Below, piece after piece: positions 8,402-17,906 of a DNA stretch of 64,000 bases (the stretch's first letter is position 1; every line of letters starts with the position of its first letter). The position numbers and the translations under genes were made by a program. The stretch is taken from the IMG/VR virus record IMGVR_UViG_3300032227_001252. One strand, written 5' to 3'. Below the pieces are notes generated by a model that saw only the letters and a list, made by a program, of their open reading frames with translations, was not told the DNA's origin and made no database searches. Origin of the DNA: an uncultured virus (IMG/VR IMGVR_UViG_3300032227_001252). Lineage: Duplodnaviria > Heunggongvirae > Uroviricota > Caudoviricetes.

Positions 8402-10186
8402 TCAGGCGGCGGAGACGTCAGCCGGCTTGTAGAGCACCACGACGCGGTCGTTGTCGGTGACCGTATCGTTGAAGGTGATCGTGAGCACGCCGGCCGCGAG
8501 CGCGGTCGTGTAGTCCTCGTTGGCGCCCTTGATCTGGAGGAGACCGTTCAGGTACACGAGGGTGTTCGGCATGTTGTCCGACTGCACGTTCGACACGGTC
8601 GCCACGACACCGGCGCTGATCGAGGGGCGGGCGAAGCGGCCCGCCGGCATCCCGACGTAGCCCTGGAGCTGCGCCGACAGCTTGCTGAAGGCCACGCCCT
8701 GATTCGCGAGCTCGAGGGCACCGGTGCCACCGTTGAACGCGAACTCGTTGCCAGCGTTGAGCGCGAGCTTGTTGCTGTCGTAGATCATCGCCTTAGCGGT
8801 GACGATGTCGAGACCCATGCCGTTCGCGCCGAGGCTCAGGGCACGACCTGCGTCAGCCACAGCCTTGATGCCGGTCGCCTCGAGCGCGAGGCCGGGGTTG
8901 AGCGACGCGATCTTGACGCCGACGGTGGACTTGCCACCAGCGGTGATGATGCGGGTCGCCTCGCCGTCAGCCGTGTTCACGTTGAGGACGTTGCCGACCT
9001 TCTCGAGGCCCAGACCGGCGAGGATCACGCCAGCGGACGAGAACTGAACCCAGGTGAGGGCGTCGGTACCGACGACGTCATTCGGGCTGTTGGTCGTACA
9101 CACCCAGCCGGTGTCCGCTGCGGAGGTGCCCTGCTCGACGAACACGAAGTCCGTCGCAGCCTTGCTGCCGACCGCGAAGTCCGCGGGGCGGCTCCACGTG
9201 GTGGCGGACGCGAGCCAGATGCCGTTCTCGACGCCGTCGGTCTGGCCGGTGAGGAGCACGCGCTGGCCTGCGGTGATCGACACGCCGTCGATGGTGGGGA
9301 GACCCGCCGTGATGTCAACGTTCGCCTTCGCGAGGGCGATCACGCTGTCCTTGATGTCCAGGCCCTGAACGGCGCCGTCAACGTAGGCCTTGTTGGCCGC
9401 GTCCGTAGCGCTGGACGGGGTCGGGACAGTCGGGGAGACCGAGAAGGCCCACACGGTGTCGAGCTTGGCCTTGACCGGCGTGACGGCTGCGTCCTGCAGC
9501 GCTGCGGTGTCGACCGCGCCGTCTGCGAGCTCGGCCGAGGTGATCGAGTCGGCGGGGACGAACAGCTTGTACTGATCCGCCGCGTCGAACGCGAGCTTGC
9601 CGCCGTTGGCCGTGCGGATCTTGAGGCTGATCTTGCCCGCGTTGTCGAGGGTCATACCAGCCTGCTGCTGCGCGACGTCGTCGTTCAGCTTGGCGGCGGT
9701 CACCGCGTCGTCCGCGATCTTGGCCGTGAGGATGTTCGCGTCGGCGATCTTGGCAGTCGTCACGTTGGCGTCAGCGATCTTCGCGGTCGTGACCGCTGCA
9801 TCGTTGATCTTCGCGGTCGTCACGTTCGCATCGGCGATCTTCGCCGTGGTCACGTTCGAGTCCGCGATGTACGCCGTGATGACGCCGCTGTCGGCGATAC
9901 CGACGTTGTCCGCCGCGACGGCGAGGCCGCGGTTCGCGAGAACCTCGAGGCCATTCGCGGAGCTGTAGTCGAGGCCCGCGCCGGCGACGTCGGCGTTGAT
10001 CTTCGCCTTGGTGACGGCGTTGTCCGCGAGCTTCGCGGTCGTCACGTTGAGGGCGACGATCTTGGCGGTCTCGACGGAGTCCGTCGCGAGCTTGGCAGCG
10101 GTGGCTGCCGCGTCGGCGAGCTTGGCCGTGGTGACGTTGAGGTTGCGCAGGTTGTTGGTAGCGACAAGAGTCTTGAAGTCAGCCAC
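8402..10186 (-). CDS. fibre-like structural protein with 10-aa VTTAKIADAN repeats
   Basis: More than 12 decapeptide repeats; DAANKAYVD and RVLLTGQTDGVENGIW motifs typical of phage fibres; strong AGGAGG RBS and highly biased codons. Confidence 0.75.
   Translation of the reverse strand: MADFKTLVATNNLRNLNVTTAKLADAAATAAKLATDSVETAKIVALNVTTAKLADNAVTKAKINADVAGAGLDYSSANGLEVLANRGLAVAADNVGIADSGVITAYIADSNVTTAKIADANVTTAKINDAAVTTAKIADANVTTAKIADANILTAKIADDAVTAAKLNDDVAQQQAGMTLDNAGKISLKIRTANGGKLAFDAADQYKLFVPADSITSAELADGAVDTAALQDAAVTPVKAKLDTVWAFSVSPTVPTPSSATDAANKAYVDGAVQGLDIKDSVIALAKANVDITAGLPTIDGVSITAGQRVLLTGQTDGVENGIWLASATTWSRPADFAVGSKAATDFVFVEQGTSAADTGWVCTTNSPNDVVGTDALTWVQFSSAGVILAGLGLEKVGNVLNVNTADGEATRIITAGGKSTVGVKIASLNPGLALEATGIKAVADAGRALSLGANGMGLDIVTAKAMIYDSNKLALNAGNEFAFNGGTGALELANQGVAFSKLSAQLQGYVGMPAGRFARPSISAGVVATVSNVQSDNMPNTLVYLNGLLQIKGANEDYTTALAAGVLTITFNDTVTDNDRVVVLYKPADVSAA
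9680..10140 (-). repeat. 30-bp (10-codon) imperfect tandem repeats in two blocks
   Basis: Recurrent GTCACGTT/GGCGATCTT units encoding NVTTAKIADA. Confidence 0.8.
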
Positions 10187-10298
10187 GGTGGCCTCCTGAG
10201 TGAGTGATGGTTCTGGGGCAGGCGCCCTGGAGACATACTACGCACCCCGAGCCATAAGGCCACACCATTTCAGCCTCGTGTGGGCCATGCTGCTCAGG

Positions 10299-11141
10299 TC
10301 AGGCAGGGACGTAGTAGACCTGCACCAGATCGCCCGCCACGGCGCCATCCTGAACGAACGAGACGGTCGAACCCGACATGATGTAGTCGAAGTCGACGCC
10401 CTGCGCCAGGATGAGACCGTTGTAGGTAACCATCACTCGTCCCGACCCTGTCATAGGTGTCTGCGAGAGTGTGAATGATGCCCGTGGGTATTCCACTTTG
10501 AAGATCTCGTGTGCTGGCCAACCGCCGACGCTCCCGCCTGAACCGGCTGTCGGCCCGATGTAGCGGAAGCCCACCACCCAGGGGTCGGTGATCTGCGCGC
10601 GGAAGTCCGCGGACAGGAGGAGCAGGCCGCCAGCGTAGTTGAAGACCCAGCCGACGCTCTTGTTCTCGCCTGTGCCCGTCATCCCGTCGGTGGTCGTGAC
10701 GAGCGTCCCTCCCGCAGCGGGGTTGCCGTTGTAGAGGGAGATCGCGTAGCCGTTCGAGGGCGCGCCGCTCGCCTGAGGCACGAGCTGGGGGAGGAGCCAG
10801 TTCTTGAGCAGCGTCGAGGACGGGTTCCCGTGCGTACTGTACGCAGCCCAGGTGGAGGAGTTCGTTCCGGCGACCTGCGTCAGCCTGACCGCGGACGCGA
10901 AGGCAGTCCTGTCCTCGACCAGCCCCGACAGCGGCCCAGCAACGTTCTGTTGCGCGATTGCTCGCGTGGAGGCCGGGTGCTGACGAATCGTCGCGAGCGC
11001 CGTCCAGACGGAGCTCGCATCCACGATGAAGTTGTTCGCGAAGAACGTCTCATACCAGACAGCAGTGGGATTAGCGTCAATGACGCCTCCCTGAAGAACC
11101 TTGTTTGCAAGGTTCAGCCCTTCCTGTCCGGAGAAGCCCAC
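10299..11141 (-). CDS. putative virion structural protein
   Basis: C-terminal VTYNGLILAQGVDFDY...GDLVQVYY module shared with the C-terminus of 8402..10186. Confidence 0.6.
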   Translation of the reverse strand: MGFSGQEGLNLANKVLQGGVIDANPTAVWYETFFANNFIVDASSVWTALATIRQHPASTRAIAQQNVAGPLSGLVEDRTAFASAVRLTQVAGTNSSTWAAYSTHGNPSSTLLKNWLLPQLVPQASGAPSNGYAISLYNGNPAAGGTLVTTTDGMTGTGENKSVGWVFNYAGGLLLLSADFRAQITDPWVVGFRYIGPTAGSGGSVGGWPAHEIFKVEYPRASFTLSQTPMTGSGRVMVTYNGLILAQGVDFDYIMSGSTVSFVQDGAVAGDLVQVYYVPA

Positions 11142-11162
11142 GTGCCCGCTCCCGTCCGAGTA

Positions 11163-12158
11163 CTACTCGGAGTGCTCCTGATTCGCCTGAACGAGCAGGC
11201 CACGCGCCACGCCGTCAAACGGCTCTGCTGCAGCGCGAACTTCGGAGATCTCGAGGCCCAGCTTCTTGCGCTGGCGGTCGAGTACGGACTTGAAGATGTC
11301 GAGGAACCCCTTGGCGGTCGAGGTGCCTCCGCTCACGATGATGGGGAGGGGCTTCGTGACGGTCTGACCGAGGCCGCGGCGCTTGAACTCCGCGGCCGTC
11401 CACTCGAGAGAGTGCTGGATCAGTTCGCGGTAGTAGTAGGCGATCGCCTCCTGCTCGCGCGTCGTCGGGTTGGCCAGGTCAACGCCGGCTTCCTTGATCG
11501 AGCACATGCGGCTGGCCGTGGCGCCCACCGAGCGGGCTGCTCCAGCGTCGACCCAGTCACCACCGCGCTCGACTGAGAACGACATCGTCTCGACTGCAGA
11601 GTAGCCAAGAGCGACGTTCGTCATGCCAGAGCCGAAGGAGAAGGCCAGGGCAGAGAAGTTGTCCTTCGCTGCTTCTGCGTACACGATCGCCATCGCCTCG
11701 TTCGACGGAGTCGCGGTGAAGCCGCACTGGCTCACGATCTTCTCGAACACGCGCTTGTGGTAGATGACGTCGCGGCTGAGGTTGTCGACCGGAGCGGCGG
11801 GGATGCTGTAGTAGCAGTGCTCGCCCGCGACTCGCGGCTCGCCGAGCAGTTCCTTGATCATGTAGCCAAGGACGTCCATGGCCTCGAGCTCGCCAGCGGC
11901 GATGAGACCGCCTGACAGCGGACGACGTGCTTCGCGCCCGAACACGGAGGCGAGTTCCAGAGCCTGGTCGCCGAGGAGTAGGATCTCGTCGTTCCGCTCA
12001 ACGTACGAGGCCTTGGAGAGCTTCAACACCTTCTGTGCCGTCTTCGGCAGGTCGAGGAACGCGTCCCGCATGCGCTTAGTGGTGACGTTGCTGCCGTCAA
12101 AACGGGCTGCGACGAGGTTCATGGTGCCCACGTCGAGGCCGACGCCCAGGTTGCTCAT
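11163..12158 (-). CDS. actin-like ATPase (MreB/ParM/FtsA superfamily)
   Basis: Phosphate-1 GLDVGTMN, connect-1 NEAMA, phosphate-2 SFGSGMTN, GGDWVD and adenosine motif IVSGGTS. Confidence 0.8.
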   Translation of the reverse strand: MSNLGVGLDVGTMNLVAARFDGSNVTTKRMRDAFLDLPKTAQKVLKLSKASYVERNDEILLLGDQALELASVFGREARRPLSGGLIAAGELEAMDVLGYMIKELLGEPRVAGEHCYYSIPAAPVDNLSRDVIYHKRVFEKIVSQCGFTATPSNEAMAIVYAEAAKDNFSALAFSFGSGMTNVALGYSAVETMSFSVERGGDWVDAGAARSVGATASRMCSIKEAGVDLANPTTREQEAIAYYYRELIQHSLEWTAAEFKRRGLGQTVTKPLPIIVSGGTSTAKGFLDIFKSVLDRQRKKLGLEISEVRAAAEPFDGVARGLLVQANQEHSE

Positions 12159-12856
12159 GCTGTAGTCTCCGGAGTGGTGTTCTTCTTGGCGGCCTTGAGG
12201 GCGGCGGCGGCTGCAGCCAGATCGCCTGCGTCGCTCGTCTTCGAGTCAGCAGTCAGCCCCGTACCCTCGACCGCGGTCGAGACAGAAGGGATGAACACCG
12301 GATCAGAAGTCGTCGGCACACTGCTGCTCTGTAGCACGGGAGCGGGTGCTGGGGAGGTGGCGAGGGCTGTCCGCACAGCAGAGGCGAGCTGCTGAATCGA
12401 AGTCAGCAGTTCCGCGTGCCCCTGAGCAACCTGCTGCTGGATCGCCGAGAGGATCTCCTGTGACACAGGAGACGCTTGAGGTGCTGCGGGTACAGGCGTG
12501 TAGACCACAGGCACAGCGGCTTTCGGCTGCGGCTCCGGCAGAGTGCTCGGGAGCTCGTCGAAGGCCGCCTGAAGGTGAGCCAGGAAGGAGTAGACCATGC
12601 TCTCGGGGCCGCGGATGATGGCGCGGTCTCCCGTCGTGGAGTGGAAGGCCACGCTGCCGCCCGTGCGGTCGAGGAGGACACGGAGTTCGCCGTTTCCCCT
12701 CCAGCCGGTTCCGTTGTCCCACGAGAGGACGCTGTCGACATCGGCTGCGCTGATCGTCCACTCGTCGATGCGGGTGTCGGAGGCACGCACGCTGACGCGT
12801 ATCGACCTTGAGGACGGCACGGCTGTGACTTGAAGCGGGTTCGCGAAGTGGCCCAT
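12155..12856 (-). CDS. hypothetical protein coupled to the actin-like gene
   Basis: ATGA overlap; Pro/Ala/Ser-rich linker, short coiled coil, PVFIPS motif, basic helical tail. Confidence 0.6.
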   Translation of the reverse strand: MGHFANPLQVTAVPSSRSIRVSVRASDTRIDEWTISAADVDSVLSWDNGTGWRGNGELRVLLDRTGGSVAFHSTTGDRAIIRGPESMVYSFLAHLQAAFDELPSTLPEPQPKAAVPVVYTPVPAAPQASPVSQEILSAIQQQVAQGHAELLTSIQQLASAVRTALATSPAPAPVLQSSSVPTTSDPVFIPSVSTAVEGTGLTADSKTSDAGDLAAAAAALKAAKKNTTPETTA

Positions 12857-14991
12857 CAGAAGAACACCGCGGTGAAGGAGTCGATGCTTATCCTGGCGTC
12901 AGCGAGCCTGATCTCGATGAACACACCGTTCTTGCAGGTGAAACCGCCGAACGTCCCGTTGACCGTGTTCCCGCTCGAGGTCGCCTCCCGGATCTGGCCG
13001 TTTGTAACGCCGTCGTCGAAGGACGCGAAGTCGTACATGCCCCCGCTGAGGTAGAGCGGGTCAGATGACGGGCCAGACTGCCCGCCGTTGCTGCTCGCGA
13101 CCCGGCGGATGCGGATGACCATGAAGTTTGCGGCGAGGTCGGCAGCGGCAGAAGTGACGAACGTTCCCGTGAACACGAGCTGGAGGGATGACCTGTCCAG
13201 CCCCGAACCGTCGACCATCGTGCGGTAGAACGACACAGGGGCGCCCGAGTTCGAGTAGTCAGGGTTCCCCGACGGGTTGAACGTCGTCCAGTTCGCGTTC
13301 GCGACACCGTTGGAGAGCTTCGAGGTGTTCGGCACCATCAGTCTGCCGCCGTAGATCAGAGCGTGCCCTGATGGCAGAGGCTGGGTGCTGTCCCAGTTTC
13401 CGCCGCTCACCCCGTTGTTGTGCGTGCTGTCCTGACGACGGGACTCGTCATCGAAGTACTCGGCGAGATCCGTGCTCGTCGTGCCGTACGTGTCGATCAT
13501 CAGGTTGACTGCTGGTGAGGTTGCCGCAGCACTGGAACCCCACGGGTCGAGTACGAGGGCGGAGGCCGTCGCAGACTTCGTCGTCTGGCGGTAGTTCAGC
13601 CGGTTCAGCGTCGTGTCCGCTTTCGTGTAAGACACCCCGTTTGTGCTGAAAAGACTTGCCCAACCCGTGAAGGCGCTGGCACCTGTTCCGCCTGGCAGCG
13701 GCGACTGATCGAAGGCGTTGATCCCTGCGAGGCTCGCGCCGATGTTCAGGTTGCCGTTTACCCTGGCTACATTCGCGTTGACGCCATTCAAGCCCGAAGC
13801 CGCGAGCGTGAACTTCGTGCCGTTGGTGTAGTAGGCCAAGCCGCTCAGGTACTTGAGCACCGCGAGACCGTCTGTGGGCGCGAGGGACACCGACCCCGAG
13901 ATGGTAGGGGGCGTAGCCCCGACGTCGAGGAATACGGGAGCGGACGTGTAGGTGTAGGGCCCCGTGCCGTCCGTCGTGGTGTCGGTGTGCATGGTGATCG
14001 ACACGGACACGCGGCCACCCTGGCGGCCTGCCGCAGTCAAGATGGCGCCGTAGTCTACGACCACGGACACGTTCGCTTTGAAGCGGGCGTTGTCGGCCTG
14101 AAAGTTCGTCAGGGTGATGGAGATAGTCGAGCCTGAGTTCGCCGCGGTGCCGCTGTTAGCGAGGCTGGGAGTCGTGAAGCGCGACAGAGCCGTGGCCCCG
14201 TTCGCGTCGAGCACCTCAATGACGAAGTGGGCGTTGCCGCCGAAGCCCGTCACAAGGCCCGGCGGCGCGAAGGTCGCTGAAGCCGCCTGCGTTGCGGACT
14301 GCACCGTGCCTGCCCACCCGCCCGTAGAGAAAGGCGTTCCCTCAGAGCTTGGGCTGCTGATCCAGGCCTGCGTCCGCGGAGTCGAGTCAACGGGAGCTTG
14401 GCTCCCGTCGTTGCCGTCTGCGGTGTTCCAGTGGGACGCGTAGGTCACTGGAGGAGGAGGCGGGATATAGACGTTGGCGATCCCCGCCTCCGAGCGCGCA
14501 ACCACGTCAGCCCCGATGAAGTTCATCGTGGCGAACGAGCCGAGCAGCACGCCCTCGTCCATGACGTTGAGGTTGCCACCGCCGCTGCCGCCTTGCTTGG
14601 TGAACGTCAGGGACGTTGCGTCGAGCGTGATGGGGTTCGACGTCGTTAGCACCCAGAGGGTGTCTGCGTTCGATGTTCCCTCGGTGACGCGGACCTCAAC
14701 ACCGTCGAAGGCTTCGGCGGAGGTGCTCAAGTCAGAGGCGCGGACCCAAGTGCCGTCTGACCCAAGACCGAGTTCCTTCACGACGTAGATGCCGTTCAGG
14801 CTCCCGTCCTGCTGCCCCTGAACCAGCACGCGATCCCCCTGCACGAGGGTCACCCCGTCCACATGGGACGGGGCACCCCCGCTCAGGCTCGCGACATTCG
14901 ACGTCGTTACAACACGAGCTGGCTGCCGGATCGGCAGCGTGGTGCTGGGGTTGTAGGCTAGCGAGTAGCCAGAGACGCCGAAGCCGGACAT
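12856..14991 (-). CDS. large virion structural/fibre protein
   Basis: N-terminal DGVTLVQGDRVLVQGQQDGSLNGIY domain homologous to the middle of 8402..10186; S/T/G/N-rich beta body. Confidence 0.65.
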   Translation of the reverse strand: MSGFGVSGYSLAYNPSTTLPIRQPARVVTTSNVASLSGGAPSHVDGVTLVQGDRVLVQGQQDGSLNGIYVVKELGLGSDGTWVRASDLSTSAEAFDGVEVRVTEGTSNADTLWVLTTSNPITLDATSLTFTKQGGSGGGNLNVMDEGVLLGSFATMNFIGADVVARSEAGIANVYIPPPPPVTYASHWNTADGNDGSQAPVDSTPRTQAWISSPSSEGTPFSTGGWAGTVQSATQAASATFAPPGLVTGFGGNAHFVIEVLDANGATALSRFTTPSLANSGTAANSGSTISITLTNFQADNARFKANVSVVVDYGAILTAAGRQGGRVSVSITMHTDTTTDGTGPYTYTSAPVFLDVGATPPTISGSVSLAPTDGLAVLKYLSGLAYYTNGTKFTLAASGLNGVNANVARVNGNLNIGASLAGINAFDQSPLPGGTGASAFTGWASLFSTNGVSYTKADTTLNRLNYRQTTKSATASALVLDPWGSSAAATSPAVNLMIDTYGTTSTDLAEYFDDESRRQDSTHNNGVSGGNWDSTQPLPSGHALIYGGRLMVPNTSKLSNGVANANWTTFNPSGNPDYSNSGAPVSFYRTMVDGSGLDRSSLQLVFTGTFVTSAAADLAANFMVIRIRRVASSNGGQSGPSSDPLYLSGGMYDFASFDDGVTNGQIREATSSGNTVNGTFGGFTCKNGVFIEIRLADARISIDSFTAVFF

Positions 14992-15000
14992 GGGCCTAGA

Positions 15001-16746
15001 CTATGCCTCTCCGACCGTAGGGGCGACCGTCAGAGGGCTCGCCGTCGTGTTCTCCTCAAGGTCGATCACGCGCCACTCGGAGCGGTAGTTGTCCGAAGGG
15101 TGGTTCGGGGACTGGAGGATCACCTGGCCGGGCGCGCCCGACAGAGCGTTCATGACCGCTGCGAGGGTGTGGGGATCGAAGGCCCTCTCCTCGGGCGTGA
15201 AGATGGCCAGCGTGTTCTGGTCCGGCTTGAACGTCGCGCACCCGAGCGCCAGGGTGAGGCGGGCCCACTCTGCGCCGCTGAGCGCCGTGTGAAGGGTCTT
15301 TCCGCGACGGAAGCCCATGCGGCACACCGGCTTCTTGTTCTCGGTAAGCACCAGAGCGAACTTGTCCGTAGCGGGCAGGTGCGACTGAACGACTGCCTCG
15401 AACTTCTTCTGGGCCTGAGTCAGTAGAGCCTCGACTACCTCGCCGCACGCATCAGCCAGATCCTTGAGCCGCTTCGAGGCGTCGCCGTTGCGGCGAACCT
15501 GATCACGGGCTGCGCGGACGTTCGCCCACTGCCGCTTTCGGAGCTTGAGTTCGTTCGCCTCGCTGCGCACCTTGACGACCATGTCTCCGAGCGCCTGAAG
15601 GTCGTTCTGCGGATCCGCCGGCAGCTCGTTCAGCAGTCGCTCCGCGGCGGAGTATGCCTGCACGAACTTCTCGGCCTGACCCTTCAGGTTGTCCGCCTCT
15701 TCCTGCTTCCGCTCCGCAAGGCGGCGGGCAGCAACAGCGGCAACACCCGACTCGTTCTCGCGGCGGAGGTGAGCCGCACGGGCGCCCAGGCTCACATTGA
15801 GAGGAGAGTCGCACACGAGGCAGTTCTTCGAGCCTACGTCCACAGTCACAGAGCAGATGTCAGCCATCTTGCCGCGGAACTCGATGAGTGCTTCCTCGGC
15901 AGGGTGCATGGGCGGAATGGCGGCGAAGGCGAGGCGGGCGGTCTCCGCAGCGGCCTTGAAGTTCTCGACCGCGTTCACGGCCAGGATGCGAGCAGCGTTC
16001 AGATCCGGCCGCTGCTGAACCGGAACGCGCTGCGCTTCGCGGTACTCGTCCTCTGCGAGACGCACTGCCTCTTCCGCCGCCTCGACGTCGCTGGAAGTCG
16101 GCTCTTCGCCCAGACCCTCGCTCATGGTGTCGATGACCTGCTTGGCGGTCTTCGATTCGGCGTCCAGGGTGCGCGCTTCCTTCTCTGCCGACTCAATGGC
16201 GGAGAGGAGGGTGTCCACCTCGTTCATTCCTTCACGCCTGATCTTGCGCGCCCGATCCCTGTACGCATCCTGAACGTCGTCAGGGAGCTTCTCGACCACG
16301 TCCGCCTCACGGACAGAGGAGCCGACGCGGCTCATGAGCCACATGCGGATCGTGTCTGAGGAGCCGCCCAAGATCTCGCGGACTTCCTGAACGGGGAAGA
16401 CCACGTTGAGCTCCGACGGGCTCACGTGTTCCGGCTCGTGGTAGCCGCCACGCTTGTTCGGCGTGAGCTTCCACTTGGCCTTGCGCCCGTCCGAGAACTC
16501 CACTTCCGAAGACAGAGGAGTGGCGGTGGCCGGGCCGAGCTTCGCGAGCATGTCGCCCTTCTTGACCTTGGCCCGCCCCTCTACGTCGGAGGCGAAGCCG
16601 CAAGCGGCGAGTTCGATGGCGTTCTGGACAGAAGTCTTGCCAGACCCGTTCGGGCCGACAAGCAGAGTGAGACGTGACAGTTCGCAGTCAACGCCCTTCT
16701 TGACGTTGGAGCGCACGCGACGGATGAAGAGAGATGGGGCAGACAT
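15001..16746 (-). CDS. SMC/Rad50-like ABC ATPase
   Basis: Walker A GPNGSGKT, long coiled coil with central CLVC (zinc-hook-like), signature LSGAE, atypical Walker B IFTPEE. Confidence 0.75.
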   Translation of the reverse strand: MSAPSLFIRRVRSNVKKGVDCELSRLTLLVGPNGSGKTSVQNAIELAACGFASDVEGRAKVKKGDMLAKLGPATATPLSSEVEFSDGRKAKWKLTPNKRGGYHEPEHVSPSELNVVFPVQEVREILGGSSDTIRMWLMSRVGSSVREADVVEKLPDDVQDAYRDRARKIRREGMNEVDTLLSAIESAEKEARTLDAESKTAKQVIDTMSEGLGEEPTSSDVEAAEEAVRLAEDEYREAQRVPVQQRPDLNAARILAVNAVENFKAAAETARLAFAAIPPMHPAEEALIEFRGKMADICSVTVDVGSKNCLVCDSPLNVSLGARAAHLRRENESGVAAVAARRLAERKQEEADNLKGQAEKFVQAYSAAERLLNELPADPQNDLQALGDMVVKVRSEANELKLRKRQWANVRAARDQVRRNGDASKRLKDLADACGEVVEALLTQAQKKFEAVVQSHLPATDKFALVLTENKKPVCRMGFRRGKTLHTALSGAEWARLTLALGCATFKPDQNTLAIFTPEERAFDPHTLAAVMNALSGAPGQVILQSPNHPSDNYRSEWRVIDLEENTTASPLTVAPTVGEA

Positions 16747-16777
16747 CTTGACCTCCGCCTCTCTGGTAAGCGCACGA

Positions 16778-16791
16778 GTGCCAGTTGTCAA
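16778..16791 (-). promoter_or_regulatory. sigma70-like -35 (TTGACA) with degenerate palindromic operator
   Basis: Minus strand TTGACAACTGGCAC, 17-nt spacer, then TACCAG, upstream of the Rad50-like gene. Confidence 0.55.
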
Positions 16792-16806
16792 CTGGCAAAC
16801 GTGTGC

Positions 16807-17034
16807 CTACAGGGCGTTGGACAGGACGTCCGCGTACTTGGTGGCAACCTTCTCGAGGGCGGTGAGGTCAGCACTCTGCTGCGGCATGTGCTCGCCCTTG
16901 GCCCACCTGTAGATGGTTCGCGACGAGACGCGGTTCTCCATCTCCTCCGCGATCTGTTGCGGGGTGAGTCCTGCGATGTTGATGAGGTCGTTGACCAGCG
17001 AGGTCGCACGACCAGAGGTGATGGGCTGGTTCAT
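16807..17034 (-). CDS. small helix-turn-helix (Cro/XRE-like) DNA-binding protein
   Basis: LTPQQIAEEMENRVSSRTIYRWAKGEHMP. Confidence 0.75.
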   Translation of the reverse strand: MNQPITSGRATSLVNDLINIAGLTPQQIAEEMENRVSSRTIYRWAKGEHMPQQSADLTALEKVATKYADVLSNAL

Positions 17035-17055
17035 GGTTCCCTTGTACCTACACGT

Positions 17056-17069
17056 TAGCCGGTCGTCAA
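17056..17069 (-). promoter_or_regulatory. sigma70-like -35 with degenerate operator upstream of the HTH gene
   Basis: Minus strand TTGACGACCGGCTA; TTGACG-N17-TACAAG-N6-ATG. Confidence 0.55.
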
Positions 17070-17070
17070 C

Positions 17071-17493
17071 TCAAGCGAGTTCGGCAGACCAGCCAGACTT
17101 CCAGTTGTTGCTGTCGACCGTGAGGATGCGCTCGACACGGTCAAGAGCAGCGCGATCGGCGTCGAAGAAGAGGACGAGCTTCTTGGCCTCGAGCGCCTGC
17201 CGGAGGATCTCGGCCGTCGCACGACCGAAATCAAGCTCCGTGATCACGAACGTGTGGTAGCCCGGCTCTCGGTCGGAGAAGCGGATCCCCGTGGCGACTT
17301 CCCGCTGCCACCCTTCCCACCCGCCCAGGCGGGCGTAGTTGGCGTTGAAGTCATCTTCAGCAGGAGTGATGACAGGGTCGACCAGGTGGTTGGTCGTGCG
17401 CCGGACAACGTCACGGATCGAGGAGATGACCGCCTCGACTTCGTGCCGCGGGGCGCCCTTGCGGGCGGCGTAGAAGATCCGCATTTCGCTCAT
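17071..17493 (-). CDS. hypothetical protein (Rossmann-like alpha/beta)
   Basis: MRIFYAA...FGRATAEILRQALEAKKLV; coupled ORF. Confidence 0.55.
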   Translation of the reverse strand: MSEMRIFYAARKGAPRHEVEAVISSIRDVVRRTTNHLVDPVITPAEDDFNANYARLGGWEGWQREVATGIRFSDREPGYHTFVITELDFGRATAEILRQALEAKKLVLFFDADRAALDRVERILTVDSNNWKSGWSAELA

Positions 17494-17906
17494 CTCTCGG
17501 AAGCCTTCACCACCTGCTCCAGAGGGCGCATGGCTTCGATCAGACGGCGCATGGCGCCCTCCTCGATGTAGGCCTGCATCTCTGGGCTCATGGTCGGGTT
17601 GGGGGACTCCTTCCAGCGAAGAAGGTCGTCGAACGCCGCAACGACTTCACTCACCTGGCTGTGCGTGAGATTGCCCATGGGGTTCGGAACCTCCTCATCG
17701 TCGGAGTCGTCATCCATCTCCGCCGACATGGAGGAGACGTTGCGCCCGTAATCGGCGATCTGCATCTTGTCGACCGGCAAAGACGCCGGGGCAGATGCCG
17801 GCGTGGCAAACTCCGCGGGGCGGGCGGCGAGACGCTCTTCGACGCGGCTCAGGCGGGCGGCGAAGTCACGAAGATCGGCTTCGATGGTGGGGGACGAGAC
17901 GTTCAT
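17490..17906 (-). CDS. hypothetical protein
   Basis: AGGAG RBS; acidic linker; ATGA overlap. Confidence 0.55.
   Translation of the reverse strand: MNVSSPTIEADLRDFAARLSRVEERLAARPAEFATPASAPASLPVDKMQIADYGRNVSSMSAEMDDDSDDEEVPNPMGNLTHSQVSEVVAAFDDLLRWKESPNPTMSPEMQAYIEEGAMRRLIEAMRPLEQVVKASER

Noticed and set aside
9680..10140. Regular repeats resembling a CRISPR array
   Set aside because: In-frame coding repeats with no unique spacers; no cas operon
7973..10207. Long plus-strand ORFs (e.g. 744 aa here, also 39488..40930, 44612..46633, 54640..56388)
   Set aside because: Antisense shadows of real minus-strand genes, expected in high-GC DNA with strong codon bias; no recognisable motifs
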